This document shows positions 1 to 13,603 of a stretch of DNA of 64,000 bases, in pieces. Source of the stretch: Priapulus caudatus (lineage: Eukaryota); the NCBI RefSeq assembly GCF_000485595.1, contig NW_014577079.1, positions 865,457 to 929,456 on the forward strand, in the 5' to 3' direction. Under the pieces are notes generated by a model. It was not told the DNA's origin. It did no database searches and was given only the letters and a program-made list of their open reading frames with translations. Within the stretch, counting starts at the first letter, position 1, and each line of letters opens with the position of its first letter. Both the position numbers and the translations under genes were made by a program.

Positions 1-375
1 TGAATTGAATCATGAAATGATGAATTGAATCATGAAATGACAAATGTTGGAATATTGACACAAATCCCCTCCCATACGAATGCACCGGCAAATTAGGGAG
101 TATAAAGAAGGTATATGAGCATGAAAAGTAAATAGAAACGCTAATTGTATTTTCATACATTTTATTTTGTACAAATAACACACAAATATACTACTTGCTG
201 GTGCTCGAAATTCGTGACGTAGACAGTTTAAACATAGCTACAGTCAATAATTTGCTTCTATACTATTAGTATAGATATCTACGAATCATTTGAGCTATCT
301 CTTGAATAAATTGGATGAGGATTATTGAAATTATAGCCAAAATCTGAAGAGTGGGGTAACGCAATAACCGTAAAC

Positions 376-409
376 CCGACAGGGGGCGCTGCACGCCACC
401 AGGTGGCGC
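376..409 (+). promoter_or_regulatory. Tandem CTCF-like motifs
   Basis: CCGACAGGGGGCGC (376-389) and CCACCAGGTGGCGC (396-409); the second fits consensus CCASYAGRKGGCRS exactly. Confidence 0.55.
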
Positions 410-1029
410 TGTTTAATTGCCACTATATCAGAAAATCTCCAGGACCTCATGTAGTATGCGTGGGCAGTTTCATAATTCTACCCAAAAATGCACAATCCAT
501 GTGCTTATCCGCTGCACTAATTAGGATATATTTATATTTCGGAAGCGGAATGAAGCAGTGCAGCCTTTATCTTGCTTATTTATTACTATTTATTTAATAA
601 CACATAGCTCGGTCTGGGGGGTGAGGGGAATCGCACGATGTTTTTGGCAAACGTTCACATTGACCTGAAAACGGGGTTTATTTAACTCTCTGAAAACTCT
701 ATCGCGGGTAGTTGATCTATTTTCGCGCCTATCTATCTGTGTTACTATCGGTTTGCACAGTCTAGCAACCGCCTGCAGCGCGCACCCCGGGCTCTCTCTC
801 TTCCTCTGAGTTCTTCTTCCGGCCAAACATTGCGCCTGCTCCGATCGTCTTTGTGGTGCGAGCCAGGAAGTGTCGCGTGCGTGGGCCGGTGGGGGGCGAG
901 GAGGGGGAGGGGGGCCTATCTACACACGAGGTCGCTTACAATCAGTCGTTGTGTCGTCAGCGTCGTGCCTCGTGTGCACGCGCCTCTGCGGTGCGGAGTG
1001 GAGCCACCGACGAAGTCACATAGAGGGTA

Positions 1030-1552
1030 CGATGTATGTAGTATGGGTGTCTCCTTATGCAATGTATGTAGTATGGGTGTCTCCTAATGCGATGTATGTA
1101 CTGTAGTATGAGTGTCTTATGCGATGTATGCAGTATGGGTGTCTTATGCGATGTATGTAGTATGGGTGTCTTATGCGATGTATGTAGTATGGGTGTCTTA
1201 TGCGATGTATGTAGTATGGATGTCTTATGGGATGTATGTAGTATGGATGTCTTATGCGATGTATGTAGTATGGGGACATCCATACTACATACATCGCATA
1301 AGACATCCATACTACATACATCGCATAAGACATTATGCGATGTATGTAGTATGGATGTCTTATGGGATGTATGTAGTATGGATGTCTTATGCGATGTATG
1401 TAGTATGGATGTCCTATGCGATGTATGTAGTATGGATGTCTTATGCGATGTATGTAGTATGGATGTCTTATGGGATGTATGTAGTATGGATGTCTTATGC
1501 GATGTATGTAGTATGGATGTCTTATGCGATGTATGTAGTATGGGTGTCTTAT
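1030..1552. repeat. 27-bp minisatellite (TATGCGATGTATGTAGTATGGRTGTCT)n with an internal inversion
   Basis: Directly visible tandem array running into the N gap 1553-2110; about two units at 1275-1332 are reverse-complemented. Confidence 0.95.
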
Positions 1553-2110
1553 NNNNNNNNNNNNNNNNNNNNNNNNNNNNNNNNNNNNNNNNNNNNNNNN
1601 NNNNNNNNNNNNNNNNNNNNNNNNNNNNNNNNNNNNNNNNNNNNNNNNNNNNNNNNNNNNNNNNNNNNNNNNNNNNNNNNNNNNNNNNNNNNNNNNNNNN
1701 NNNNNNNNNNNNNNNNNNNNNNNNNNNNNNNNNNNNNNNNNNNNNNNNNNNNNNNNNNNNNNNNNNNNNNNNNNNNNNNNNNNNNNNNNNNNNNNNNNNN
1801 NNNNNNNNNNNNNNNNNNNNNNNNNNNNNNNNNNNNNNNNNNNNNNNNNNNNNNNNNNNNNNNNNNNNNNNNNNNNNNNNNNNNNNNNNNNNNNNNNNNN
1901 NNNNNNNNNNNNNNNNNNNNNNNNNNNNNNNNNNNNNNNNNNNNNNNNNNNNNNNNNNNNNNNNNNNNNNNNNNNNNNNNNNNNNNNNNNNNNNNNNNNN
2001 NNNNNNNNNNNNNNNNNNNNNNNNNNNNNNNNNNNNNNNNNNNNNNNNNNNNNNNNNNNNNNNNNNNNNNNNNNNNNNNNNNNNNNNNNNNNNNNNNNNN
2101 NNNNNNNNNN

Positions 2111-2245
<135 letters not shown>

Positions 2246-3466
2246 GTCGTTACTGTCGTATGATTATGCGATTGCGCATTTGTCGCATTGCGACTACGCC
2301 TGTAATGTGCGGAGCAGAGCCAGCGGAGATGCTGGTGACACACAAGATGGTTTTGCTGTCCTAATACACCTCATCATTAGCTGCAGCAGCAGCAGCAGCA
2401 GGCGCCGCGTTGCTATAGCGATGGCTGCGTGATGCGACGATATGTGCGTAGTCGCATGGTGACGTGCGGTGTCACGGCATACGGTGCGGAAAGGTGCGGA
2501 GCCTCCCACGATGCTGCGAGCGGCAGGCGTAATATATATATATATATATATAATTATATATATTGGCGCTGAAGTTCCACATGGAATCGCGAGCGTAGGG
2601 GGCTGCACTACGGGGTTGGTGCGTGGTTGCGACGGAGAAAAGGCACAGAGGGCTTCATGCTACTATATACGGTGAAATAGTGCGATGTAGGCAGCGGGGG
2701 CGGCGGTTGCGTGGGTGCATGGGGAAATGCACGCGTGCCGTTCTCGGGTTTCTTCGAGGATGTTTGCGCTGCTTGGGATTTTTACGTGCGCGATCATCAC
2801 ATTCCCCCCTGTGTTTCATTAAATTGTATCTTTAATGTGCAGACTGGTGAGCGAATGTAGTGCTAATTCTGTCCGTAGAAGCTATCTAAGAATGGCCCGT
2901 GTGTTCAAGAATCATCGCAAAACCTTACTACTGACTTCGTAAAATATACGCACATCATTAATTGTTTTTTTATATATCCAAAGTTCGAGTTCAACAAGTT
3001 TGTGTTTCTGCAATGGTATATTTAGAATACCTTCACCTTGTGTGCTATGTAGTATTTAGGGAAGGGTCAGGCTGGGTTCAGTGCATATTAAAGTGTGTGA
3101 ATGCTCCCATTAGCTCTATGCTGCCGATACTGAAACAAGATCTATACTCGGCGTGGGCTATATTTCAACCAGCTGCATTTTTCAAATTAGTTATTAACTT
3201 TTGTCTTGGTAGGTTTACTCCGAGAGGTAATATACGACGTGACAACGCGGCAATTTACCGTTGGATGTTTTTAGCTGCTCGTTTATCGGCTGCCAATCAC
3301 AAGCGCGTATTTTTGTGTAGCCGGGTTGTGCGGCGCTGACTTTTCGGTTGCTATTATCGGGGCCGATGATCGGTGGTTGCACCATAGTTGCACGCATGGG
3401 TTCAAGTGCAGTTAACGACATAAGCATGCGGTTTCCTTGATGGGCTTCTCTTTCTCTCTGTTGCAG

Positions 3467-6400
3467 CGAGGTCGTAAACAACAGTGAAGCTCACATCAGG
3501 ATTCTAGAGCTACTGCTGAGCAAGAGTGAGAAGTTTGGAGACATGCCGGAGTTGTCGGCGACCGGTGAGTGCGGCTTTGCCTCGGCTATGTCTCAACTGT
3601 GTCTCCACCGGTCTCGCTATCGTTTCATCTCGAGATGCTTTCTAGCAGCCCCCCTTCTATTTATATATCGTCGTGTGCAGTGTTTAAAGTGGAATATCCT
3701 AGCATCAGTGTATGGCGATAGCTATACTGTGAGCTTAGGTAGACTTAACGGCATCTCTATGCTTCAAAACTGCATGAGGATCAAGTTCTAACGTGCGTAT
3801 TCTAACTTCATTGCACATATCTGGCTAATCGAAAACATTTCGTACCGTCTCGTATCTTGAAACCACACTCATAGCAAGTAATCTGTATCGTTACTCCGGT
3901 CTAGTGGTCGTGCTAGAGTTGACAGTTTGTGACGCCTGTCTCGTGCTAGAGTTGACAGTTTGGGACTCCTGTTTCAGCTCCTCCCCCACGGCCTCCACGT
4001 AAGAGAGATCCAAACTCTCCACCTCCCGGAGTCACCCCAGGGGAGATGCTGAGAGGGACGAAGGATTTACAGCATGCAGAGTGGTACTGGGGCGACATCT
4101 CAAAGTGAGTTCCTTTCTTTCTTTCTTTCTTTTTTCTCCTTCCTCATCTTCTTCTTCTTCTTCTTCTTCGTCCGCATTTTCGTTTCTTTGTTCTTCTTAT
4201 TATATTATTACTGCTACTATCTATAACTATTATAAGTATGATAATTTTTATTTTGTTTTCATTTCATTTTTTGTCTAGCATTCTCATCAGTCATTATTAT
4301 TGTCATCCGTCTCTTTACCGGTGCTAGTTCTAGTAGCAGCGTGAGACAATCCATCACACTATTCATCAAGTTCAAGTCTGAAGGATTTATGAGTATCTAA
4401 GTTAATCGAGCACCATAAAAGCATGCTGCAATGGGTTACCTACTTTTATTGTTCTCCAATCCCCCCCCCCTCTAGATTAACGTTGAAGGCTTTGCTAGAG
4501 GTGTTAACGTGGCGTATGTCTCACGCGAACTGCCCGTGTGCAAGTTATTGCTTCTAATGTTAGGTTCCCTCTTTCTCTCTGTGTTTCATCGTGGCTAACA
4601 GGGAGGAGGTGAACGAGAAGCTGAGAAACACGTGCGACGGCACCTTCCTAGTCCGTGATGCTTCCACCAAAGACACGCACGGTGACTACACGCTTACCGT
4701 CAGGTACGTAACGTAGCAGGCCACACGGCGTCTCGCCTCATCACACCATATACGTGTCATAAATAGTCTGTCGTCCTCTTGCACTCTGATGCAGTGTAAT
4801 ATTCGATACGATGCTGTTGCACCCTCCCTGTCTTTACTTATTATATATTTTTTATATATATATTATTATTATTATTATACTTTCTATATATATATATCCC
4901 TTCCTTTATTTAATATCATTCTGTAAAATCCCGGGATAGAGAAAGGTCAGTGATAAGTTTCTACATTCCACCTAGCTTCACTGCGAACGAATGTGTGAAA
5001 ATGTCAGGTCCGTGTCTATTAATGCTTCAGGATATGCTGCAGGAAGGCAAGTCTCTGCATATTCTATGCAGTACCCCTCTCTGTGAAATTTGCCTCAAAA
5101 GCTGAGGTGTAGTTGGTCAGTATTTGTGTGCGAATAAAGTTGAGCGTTTATCTCCCGTTATATATCACAGTTATTTTGAATGAGCTCCATGGTTTCGTAT
5201 AATATATGATAGAAAGCTGCTGCTGGCCGTTAACTGGCAGTATGGCCAGTTTTAAATTATTTTGAAAAGCTAAGAACGTGAAAAATTGAAAATACCTGGG
5301 TGCTTATTGTCCATTCAGTGAGATTAGATATGTGATTGAGATATACATCTGCAATTTCGACCTCACTCATACCCTCCCCTAATGAGTAATATGTTGATCA
5401 TCCCAGGTGCCTCCCTAAAACGCATTGCAACATTGAAATGTGTTTCATCATGAGCAAGAATTCGAAAGTCCTTATTTCGCAATATCGGGGGGGGGGGAGT
5501 AAACGGCAGCTTTTGCAATCTCGATCCAGAATTGCATCATTTCTTTTCCCTGCTATTCAATAGCGGTAACTATAGTTGGGGGACATTTGACACGTGCAAC
5601 CAAAATACTGGCAGATATCCAATTGGTTTCAGGGTAAAACATTGCCTCGGTTTTTTGCAAGGTCATCTATTGTAACTTGGGGAACTAGGTAAAAAAATGA
5701 GTGACACAAACCTGAATTGACTTAAATTTCGTCTCTGTAGTGAGAATTAATTAATGTTTTCATGAAAGCCTTATAAACTTGAAATGGCTACAGGAGTCGT
5801 CTTTCAATCTGAACTGCATCAAGAGCTAATAAATACTTATTATTATTATTATTAGCTCTTGATTACATATATTATAAGCGTGCACTAGCCTGCGTAGCAT
5901 CGTAGGTCGAATAGTGCGTATTTTGGAACGAGATCTGATTCTTGAATGGCCGGGACATTCAATGGAATGCAGGCTTGTGCCAGGGATTACATTGCGGCCA
6001 CGAATAATTGTTCGTTGTAACCGATCTGAAGTGGATGCGAGATATATCTGTGCAGTGGTGCATTTGGATTAGTACGTTTTAATTTATGTGGCAAAGTTCT
6101 TGCATATTATTGCCAGCTTCCATTCCGCAATTGACTGATTCTAATCACATTGATTCTTACTCAAATGAAGAAAAGCCACCAGTAAATGAACTTTTAACAC
6201 GACAATCTTCAAATTTTATATTGTTTTTCGTTTTTCTTCTTGTTTCACAGGAAAGGCAGCAGCAATAAGCTCATAAAAATATACCATCAAAATGAGAAGT
6301 ATGGTTTCACGGATCCGAGGAAGACTCCGTCCGACCCGCTGAAATTCAACTCTGTCGTTGATCTCATAGACCATTTCCGTGTCAACTCACTGGCTCAGTA

Positions 6401-9400
6401 CAACAAGCAGCTGGATGTGAAACTGTTGTACCCGCTGTCGAAACTAGTGCCGGTGAGTGCGTCTACATTTAAGTCGGCTCGTGCTTTTATTTCCCAGTAG
6501 AACGAGTCGAATCGTTGCACGATTTCACCGTCGAACCTCGAAAATAACTTTTTTTTATCGACGTTAGTGTGAGATAGTCGTGAGTCATTGTGTAAGATGG
6601 TCTGAGTGATAATAACGCATGTCGATGGCGGCAGGGGAAATATTTCACCATGATAATCGCGTGTAATATGTGTGTGCGTGCTGTGTGTGCATGTGCATGT
6701 GTGCCATGTGCGTGTGTGCTGTGTGTGTGTATGCGCGCTTGCGTGCATACATAAAGTGTGTGTGTGTGTGTCTGTGCGTGTACGTGCGTGCGTGAATGCA
6801 GACAGTCTGACCGACTGACTACACTACTGTGTAATTAATAATTAAAGAGCTACTATAATTATAAATTAAATATCAGCAAATAAATCTATACAAACAATAA
6901 TACGCAACGTGTGTGTAAAACAAAATTCTCCATCCCCCGCAGATGAGCGAGGTCGACGAATCGACGGACATCGACTACATGCGCGAGCGGCTGCAGACGA
7001 TCAACGCCACCTACCTGCGGCTGTCGCAGCAGTTCGACCAGTTCCTCGAGGAGTACAATCACATATCACAGCAGATCCAGCTGAAGAAGCAGGCCGAGCA
7101 CGCGTTCGCGGAGACGGTGCTCTTCTTCGAGGAGCAACTGAAGCTCGTCGAGAAGCACCACAAGGACGCGCAGCCGCACGAGGTCAACAGGTGAGTAGTG
7201 CGCCAGGGGAGGAGGTGGAGGAGGAGGCAGGGGCGGTGGAGAAGGCAGGGGAGGAGGTGGAGAAGGCACAGGAGGCAAGGGGAGGAGGCGGAAGCAGTGG
7301 CACGGCAGAGGCGGAGGCGGCGGTCCAGTGAGATTGCGGGAAGATGGATTGCCGGTCTGTGGGCAGATAGGGTTGCTTGTTTGTGGCCAGAAGGGTTACC
7401 AGTTTGCAAAAGTCGGGGCAGATAAGCTTGCAGATAAGTTCGTGGGTAGAAAGAATGCCATTTAGTGTGCAGATGGGTTGCCAGTCCGTGTGGACAGAAA
7501 GGTTGCCAGTTTGTTGGCAGAGGGGAGTTTATGCCATTCTGAGAATTCTGCTCGTTAATGTTGCTTGGCGATCCTGTTCTTCGTAGGATGTGTTCGTTTA
7601 CAAAGTATCTCACCGTGTCTCCTCCTCGCGTTGCAGAATACAGGAGAACTACAACCTTCTGCGATCGCGGCTGCTCGCCATCAAGCAGAGTTCCGACGAG
7701 CTGTCGAAGGAACTGAGGCAGGAGAACGCCAAGAACCGCGCGCTCGACCGCGAGATGAATTCGGTGAAGCCAAAACTGCATCAGCTCTACAAGCAGCGAG
7801 AGGACTACATAGTGTGAGTAGTAGTAGTAGCGTAGGTCGCTGCGGACTAGTTGCGGGCAGGTGGCGCCATCTCTCGGTGCCTGGCGATGCGATCTTTTGA
7901 CAATTTCAAACGACTTATTTGCATGCTGTCTGTGAACATTGTTCTCCTGTCGAGATGTGTTTGGAATAAGCCAGATATGTACAACATAGAGAGTTTTCAT
8001 GAACCTCATATATTCATATATCCTCCTAAATTCATGGCATAAGATTACAAGCAAAGTGATGTATCAAATTACCTCATGATTGATAACAGTCGTCCCACGC
8101 GAACGCTGAAGGTTCCTAAGACGAGAGGACTATAGTCATTTTTAATTGCACCAGTAATGTTTATAATATGAATTATTTTAACAGTATTTGTAATTTAGTA
8201 ATTTTTCAACAATTTGTTCAATCTCTGTAATACATACACAAATAAATAACGAATAATAAACGGAAAGGTAATAATTGAACAATAATTTGTTTTACTTCAG
8301 AGAAGCACATTTAAAAAATCAATGGTTTGTCGTTTTAAACGAGTTTTCATGTACTTTCATTTATTGCTTTTAGGCTTTTGAATAGTCGCAATGTTCCCCA
8401 GTCACAGATCAACGTCTGGTTGCAAGAAGCATCGGAACCAAACGTAGAATCAAACATCTACTCGGAACTGAGTACAGAGTAAGTGCAATTCTATTTTACC
8501 TCCAGAATGATAGTCAACGATATGCTTGCGCCGATATAAAATCTTATATCCTTGCACCGTTAGACCATTGCGGAGTGTCGTATCACACAAAATATAAACA
8601 TCAACAATGAATAACAGCAACAAAAAACAGCTACAACAACAAGGGCAACAAAAGCAGTCATCATGTGGCCATAGTTCGCATGGGAAATCCGAATCGATTG
8701 TGGACAAAATCACTCGTGTAAACAGATTCGCCTGCGGTTTTTGATCGACTGTGTGCAAAATCGCGTGACCGTGGTTTGCGTGCGGTTTTCGATCAACTGT
8801 GTGCAAAAGCACTAATCGCGTGAGCATGGTTTGCGTGTAGTTTTCAATCAGCTCTGTGCACAAGCGATAATCGACCTTCTTCCCGTGGTTTGTGTTCGTG
8901 CAGCACGACGGACGAGTACCTCGCGCTGCCGCACCACAATCAGGACACGTGGCTCTTCGACCGCAAGATGGACCGCGTCGAGGCCGAGCAGCTTCTCGAC
9001 GGAAAGCAGCGGGGAACATTCCTGATTCGCGTCGGACGGACCGGCGAATACGTGCTCTCTGTCGTGTACGTAGTTATTGGTGGCGTCGCCGCAGGGAGAG
9101 GGGGGGGGGGGCGTGTTGAGAGCGTTTTGTGTTCACACGTGAAGGCAGTTGATGATATTGTCTGGCCGGTTAACGGGTGATTGTTTACAACACATGCGAG
9201 CAGTTGCTGATCAGATTGTCGTAATGCAGTGGGTTAGTGTGTTCTGGTGGCTAACATTGCTGTGTGCATAGAAGTCATCTAGTAGTTTTACAAATGCTGG
9301 AGAAATGAATTTGAATTTCAACCTTCTTCATAGAGTCTATGGAATATGGCATAGAACATGTCCATAGAAACCATCTTATGATGACAAAACAGCTTGGATG

Positions 9401-9656
9401 TGCCGGCAGTTTGTTGTAATGTTCCCAACTGTAATTTGCTACTCCTGTTCTTTTCTGCAGCGCTACTTCAAACAACGTGCATGACAGAGTCGGACACTGC
9501 AAGGTACTGAAGACGGAGCAAGGCTACGGATTCGCCGAGCCGTTCACAATCTACCAGTCATTGAAGGAACTAGTGTTACACTACCAACAAAACTCTCTGG
9601 CCGATCATAACGACAAACTGCCTACTACTTTAAAACATCCGGTGTGCCAGTCGTGA
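3467..9656 (+). CDS. PIK3R1: Class IA PI3-kinase regulatory subunit (p85/PIK3R1-like), 5'-partial: end of BH domain, Pro-rich linker, nSH2, iSH2, cSH2
   Basis: Exons 3467-3564, 3978-4104, 4602-4703, 6251-6452, 6943-7190, 7637-7813, 8374-8478, 8904-9065, 9461-9656 (TGA); all GT-AG with compatible phases. Translation includes [71 protein letters not shown] and [21 protein letters not shown], which match p85. Probably co-orthologous to PIK3R1/2/3. Confidence 0.95.
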
Positions 9657-12600
9657 CGACATCTCCGTCCGTAGAAGACTCTCGGAACGTTTTTGAAAGT
9701 TCCGGAACAGCGGCCGGAGCTCATGCGGTGGGTTCCGCGCACGTTGACACACTCGTCTTTCTCACGGTGAACGTCCGAGCAGCGTTAAAGCGCACACGCT
9801 CTGTCGATAGCCGTCGGCATGTGCAGTGACGTCGAGGCTGCGTGACCCGGTGTAGCCGCACGCGCGTCTGAGGCTGCGTGACCCCCTGTCGATACTCGAT
9901 CGTTTCTACGAGGGTCCGGTGTTCATGAGCGCGGTGATGCGCAGCCGAGGGCGTGTGATGCCGGCACACATCTAGCCACGTGTACGCGCCCCGCCCCATC
10001 AGCAACAGCAGCCGTGGTGGAGGACATCGATGGCTCAAGCTCTAGCGTCAAAGTAGCGACTCTCGTCGGCTCGAAAAACCGGACAGCTTTGCTCGCCGTA
10101 CGGCGGTTCGTTCGCGGCGGTCGCTCTCATCGTTCAGCGCGACGTCCACGGCGTTCGTTTTTCGTCATTCCATCAATCGTCTCGCGGCCGCCATCGCCGC
10201 CACTCGTCGCTCGTGTGTGTTCGCGCCTCGTGTCATTCATTCATCGTCGTCAAGCTCAATGCAGTCACTGCTTCGTCTGCGCGTGACTTCACGAGGCGTT
10301 TTTTTGATTCTGTACGATCTAACAGTCTGCGGCTTTCCGTGGCGATGGCGGCCTCTGCGTGTGGTGGGACTTTGTTGCGCCCAATAAAATATGCGATTTT
10401 TTTCATGGTGATTTTTTTCGAGAAGCCAGAGCTTTTATTTATGGAGAATAAAATTTATGGGGACGCCAACCAGGGGGAACCTTATTTTGATTGGGTTGAG
10501 GTTGAGTATTCATTATTGTAAAGGACAGGTTAGCCAGCAGTTCTACTTTCCTTGTTTTCCCTTCATGGTTCTGATTCTATATTACCAAGAGTGTATTAAG
10601 AATTACCTTCTTAATACGCTCTTGATACTACTATTCCTACCATTTCCTTGCCTTTTCTCTCTTTTTATTGTCGCATGTGAATCGCTTGGTCGCAGATTTT
10701 ATAGGGGTTCATTTTTAACCTCTGAAGTCGATTCATTAGCATGGGTCATTGTGATGTTGGGGATTTTAATTACAGGGAGTTTGCTCCAACTGGAACAGCT
10801 GCCAAAAGCCAGCCCTTATATTCAGACCAGCGTATTGGCCTAATTTCATGGAGTATCAAGAAATCGTGGTCGGATGTCTAGCCACATGGTAGCTTCATCT
10901 GGTCTAGACATAATTTTCACACATGTATTAGCTTGGGCAGGTGTTTATACACTGATTATCATAAAAAATCATATCGTAATATCGTAAGTGATTTCGTGTA
11001 TGCAGCACTGAACTCCTGTGCTGAGAATATTTATTGGAACAAGCATGTGTTTGTCCAAAATTCTGCGGTAAAATAATATCAATTCTACTCATTATTTCCA
11101 CGTGAAATTATCGGTGTCATATATGCATTATCCTGTTACTGTCAACGACCCACTTTTCTCTTTCCTCTGCTTCACTCAAATAACATATTCGTCCTACCTT
11201 GTCATGTGGATCTGCTGGGGTGATTAGTCTTTGTGTCCTTTGCTGTTTACTCTCTTCGTAGCACTTCGGAGTCCTCTACTATTGCAGAACCGAAACGGGC
11301 TTAAAGACAGTGACTCTTCATGTTTTTTTTTTATCTTTGGAGCAAATCTGTAAAAACAAGGGCTGTAAAAAAATGCTACGGTTGTAATCTACTAACATTG
11401 CGGACTTTGTTTGGGCTGGCACGTGTTTTAAAACGTGTTGTGTTTGTATAAACGACACGAGCTCAAAATTATGTAAAAATTGGAATAGTGTAAATGATTA
11501 ACTTGTCGAATACAATGAGGACTGCTGAGATCGTGCTTTACTAAAGGGTGTAGTAACAACAAATGTAAAACTTGTGTCCAGTAGCAAGTTGGAAACTAAA
11601 CAACGCATTTCTAATGCAGCATCTTCTCAATTGATTTTTAGCCAGCCAAGGGCAATAGAGTGTTGTTGAGTATTTTTGATTGTAGTACTGATGACTTTTA
11701 CGTGTAAAAAAGCTTATGTGATAACGGATTGTGGATGCGTGAAACTGTCGAAGCAACAGTGTTACTATTTTGGTACTCTTGAAGAAGTGCGTCGCATGGG
11801 TTGCGCAGTTCACGCCCCGTGTGTAATAGCGGCCGACGGAGAGATCAGAGCGCTGGCCATTGTGTACATAGTATTGTTGTTCCACACTATTTGTGATAAA
11901 ACTATAATTGATGATGGTAAGTTAAATTTGCTAGTTATTAACAATCATTTGTCAATAGTCATTAGGAAACCAGTGACTAAAGTGTGTCGTCAGATGTTGT
12001 GTATGATAAGTATGTGAAAGTTGGTATTATGATTGGGGGGGAAGAAGTGGATGCATGACTGCATTCATGCTCCGCATATTCCTATTTCGTTCGATTCTCA
12101 ATCGCCTCGAGATATTACTCTTCAATTGTGCCTAAAGTTCCTGCCTCTAGACTGTATATCCCAAGTTCATTAGCTAAGATCTAGTAATAGTGAGTTTTAA
12201 GTATATTAAGTATAGTAAGTAGGCCAGGCCCCCTACCTGTGGACGAGTCGGTGATAGTGCAACTTAAATATCCTATTCTTCTGCAAAGGCTTGGTCTTTT
12301 ACTTTCCTCGATAACGAGCTGTGACGTCTTTGAAAATTTTGATCTCAGGAATATATGCGGACAAGGGAAATTTTGAAACGCCAACGGATACTCATTAACT
12401 ATCTGTAATGCGTCTTGCTATAGTCAAACAAGCAGCAAGTGTGAATAGAGCGTAATCGATATAAACTGCTCTACTTCATTGGTGTACGCGGAAAGTAGCG
12501 TCTTCATTCAACGTACCCGAGCTACAATGGGCTTTTGGAAGAGTTTTTTGTTCATAAGGTTAAGATGGCCAGTAGTAGTGGCTGTGAGAGCAGCCTACTA

Positions 12601-12787
12601 CGTGGTAGACATTACTGCTGCGTTTGTATAAATAGGAACTTGGGATGAGCAGGGTAAACGTGATGTTGCCATGTGTATAATTATGTGCTTGTACAAGAAA
12701 CGTCCTTCTGGATTCTTGAATGGTTCGGTTTGTTATGATGTTTGTGTAAATAGAACATATATATAAATATATAAATGTATCTTGTAC

Positions 12788-12829
<42 letters not shown>

Positions 12830-13249
12830 TATATATATATACGTACATATATATACATATTACCAGAAGTAACATCATATCAGACCTAATATTGTGTTAC
12901 GTCTGATATTACTTGAATCGTTTTATAGAACACTTGTTGTTCATCACCGAGGATGTGTTTATTAAAGATGGTAGTAATTGGAACGTATTTGAAATCTTTA
13001 TCAGTATCACGTCTGAGTACGTTGCTAAGGTAATTTGTGTATTCGTGTGAAATACTCTCATTGTATTTTACGAGAAGTGTACAATGCTAATGTGAGAAGC
13101 AACTTTTAGCGATGTGTCAGTTTCCACGTGTACATCGAGAAATTTTACAATGTCACCCACCCCCTCCCGACCTTACACCGACCTTCCGCCCCGCCTACCC
13201 TCTACCGCCATCTTTGTTTCTATCCAGCCCACTGTAGGCCTCTGTGACT

Positions 13250-13603
13250 ATATGGCTAGCCATCGTACTCAGAAATAATTATTTTTACCGCGATAGACAT
13301 CATTAAACCGCGCTAAAATTATTGCCCTTTTTACCCAATCAGAGGCCTTGTCACACAAATTAACCACGGTAAAAATAATATATCCGCGGGTAAATTGTGT
13401 GATAAGGTCTCTGATTTGGTAGAAGGCCTATAATTTTACCGCGGTTAAATTATTTTCACCGCTTTTAAATTATGTGTAACAAGGCTTCTGATTAGGTAAA
13501 ATAGCTATAATTTTACCGCGGTTAAATTATAATTTAACCGCGATTAAATTATTTGTACCGCGGTAAAAATAATTATTTTTGAGTACGATGGCCGACCATA
13601 CGT
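13250..13603. mobile_element. MITE with ~40-bp inverted termini and internal TTACCGCGG repeats
   Basis: gccatcgtactcagaaataattatttttaccgcg ... cgcggtaaaaataattatttttgagtacgatggc; target duplication not clear. Confidence 0.75.

Noticed and set aside
1030..1552. CRISPR-like array or Cys-rich repeat protein
   Set aside because: Head-to-tail 27-bp units with no unique spacers and no cas genes in a eukaryotic intron; the ORFs arise because the unit length is divisible by 3 and the N gap hides stops.
7059..9019. Long antisense ORFs (331 aa, 189 aa)
   Set aside because: Shadows of GC-rich PIK3R exons and low-complexity intron; no recognisable domain.
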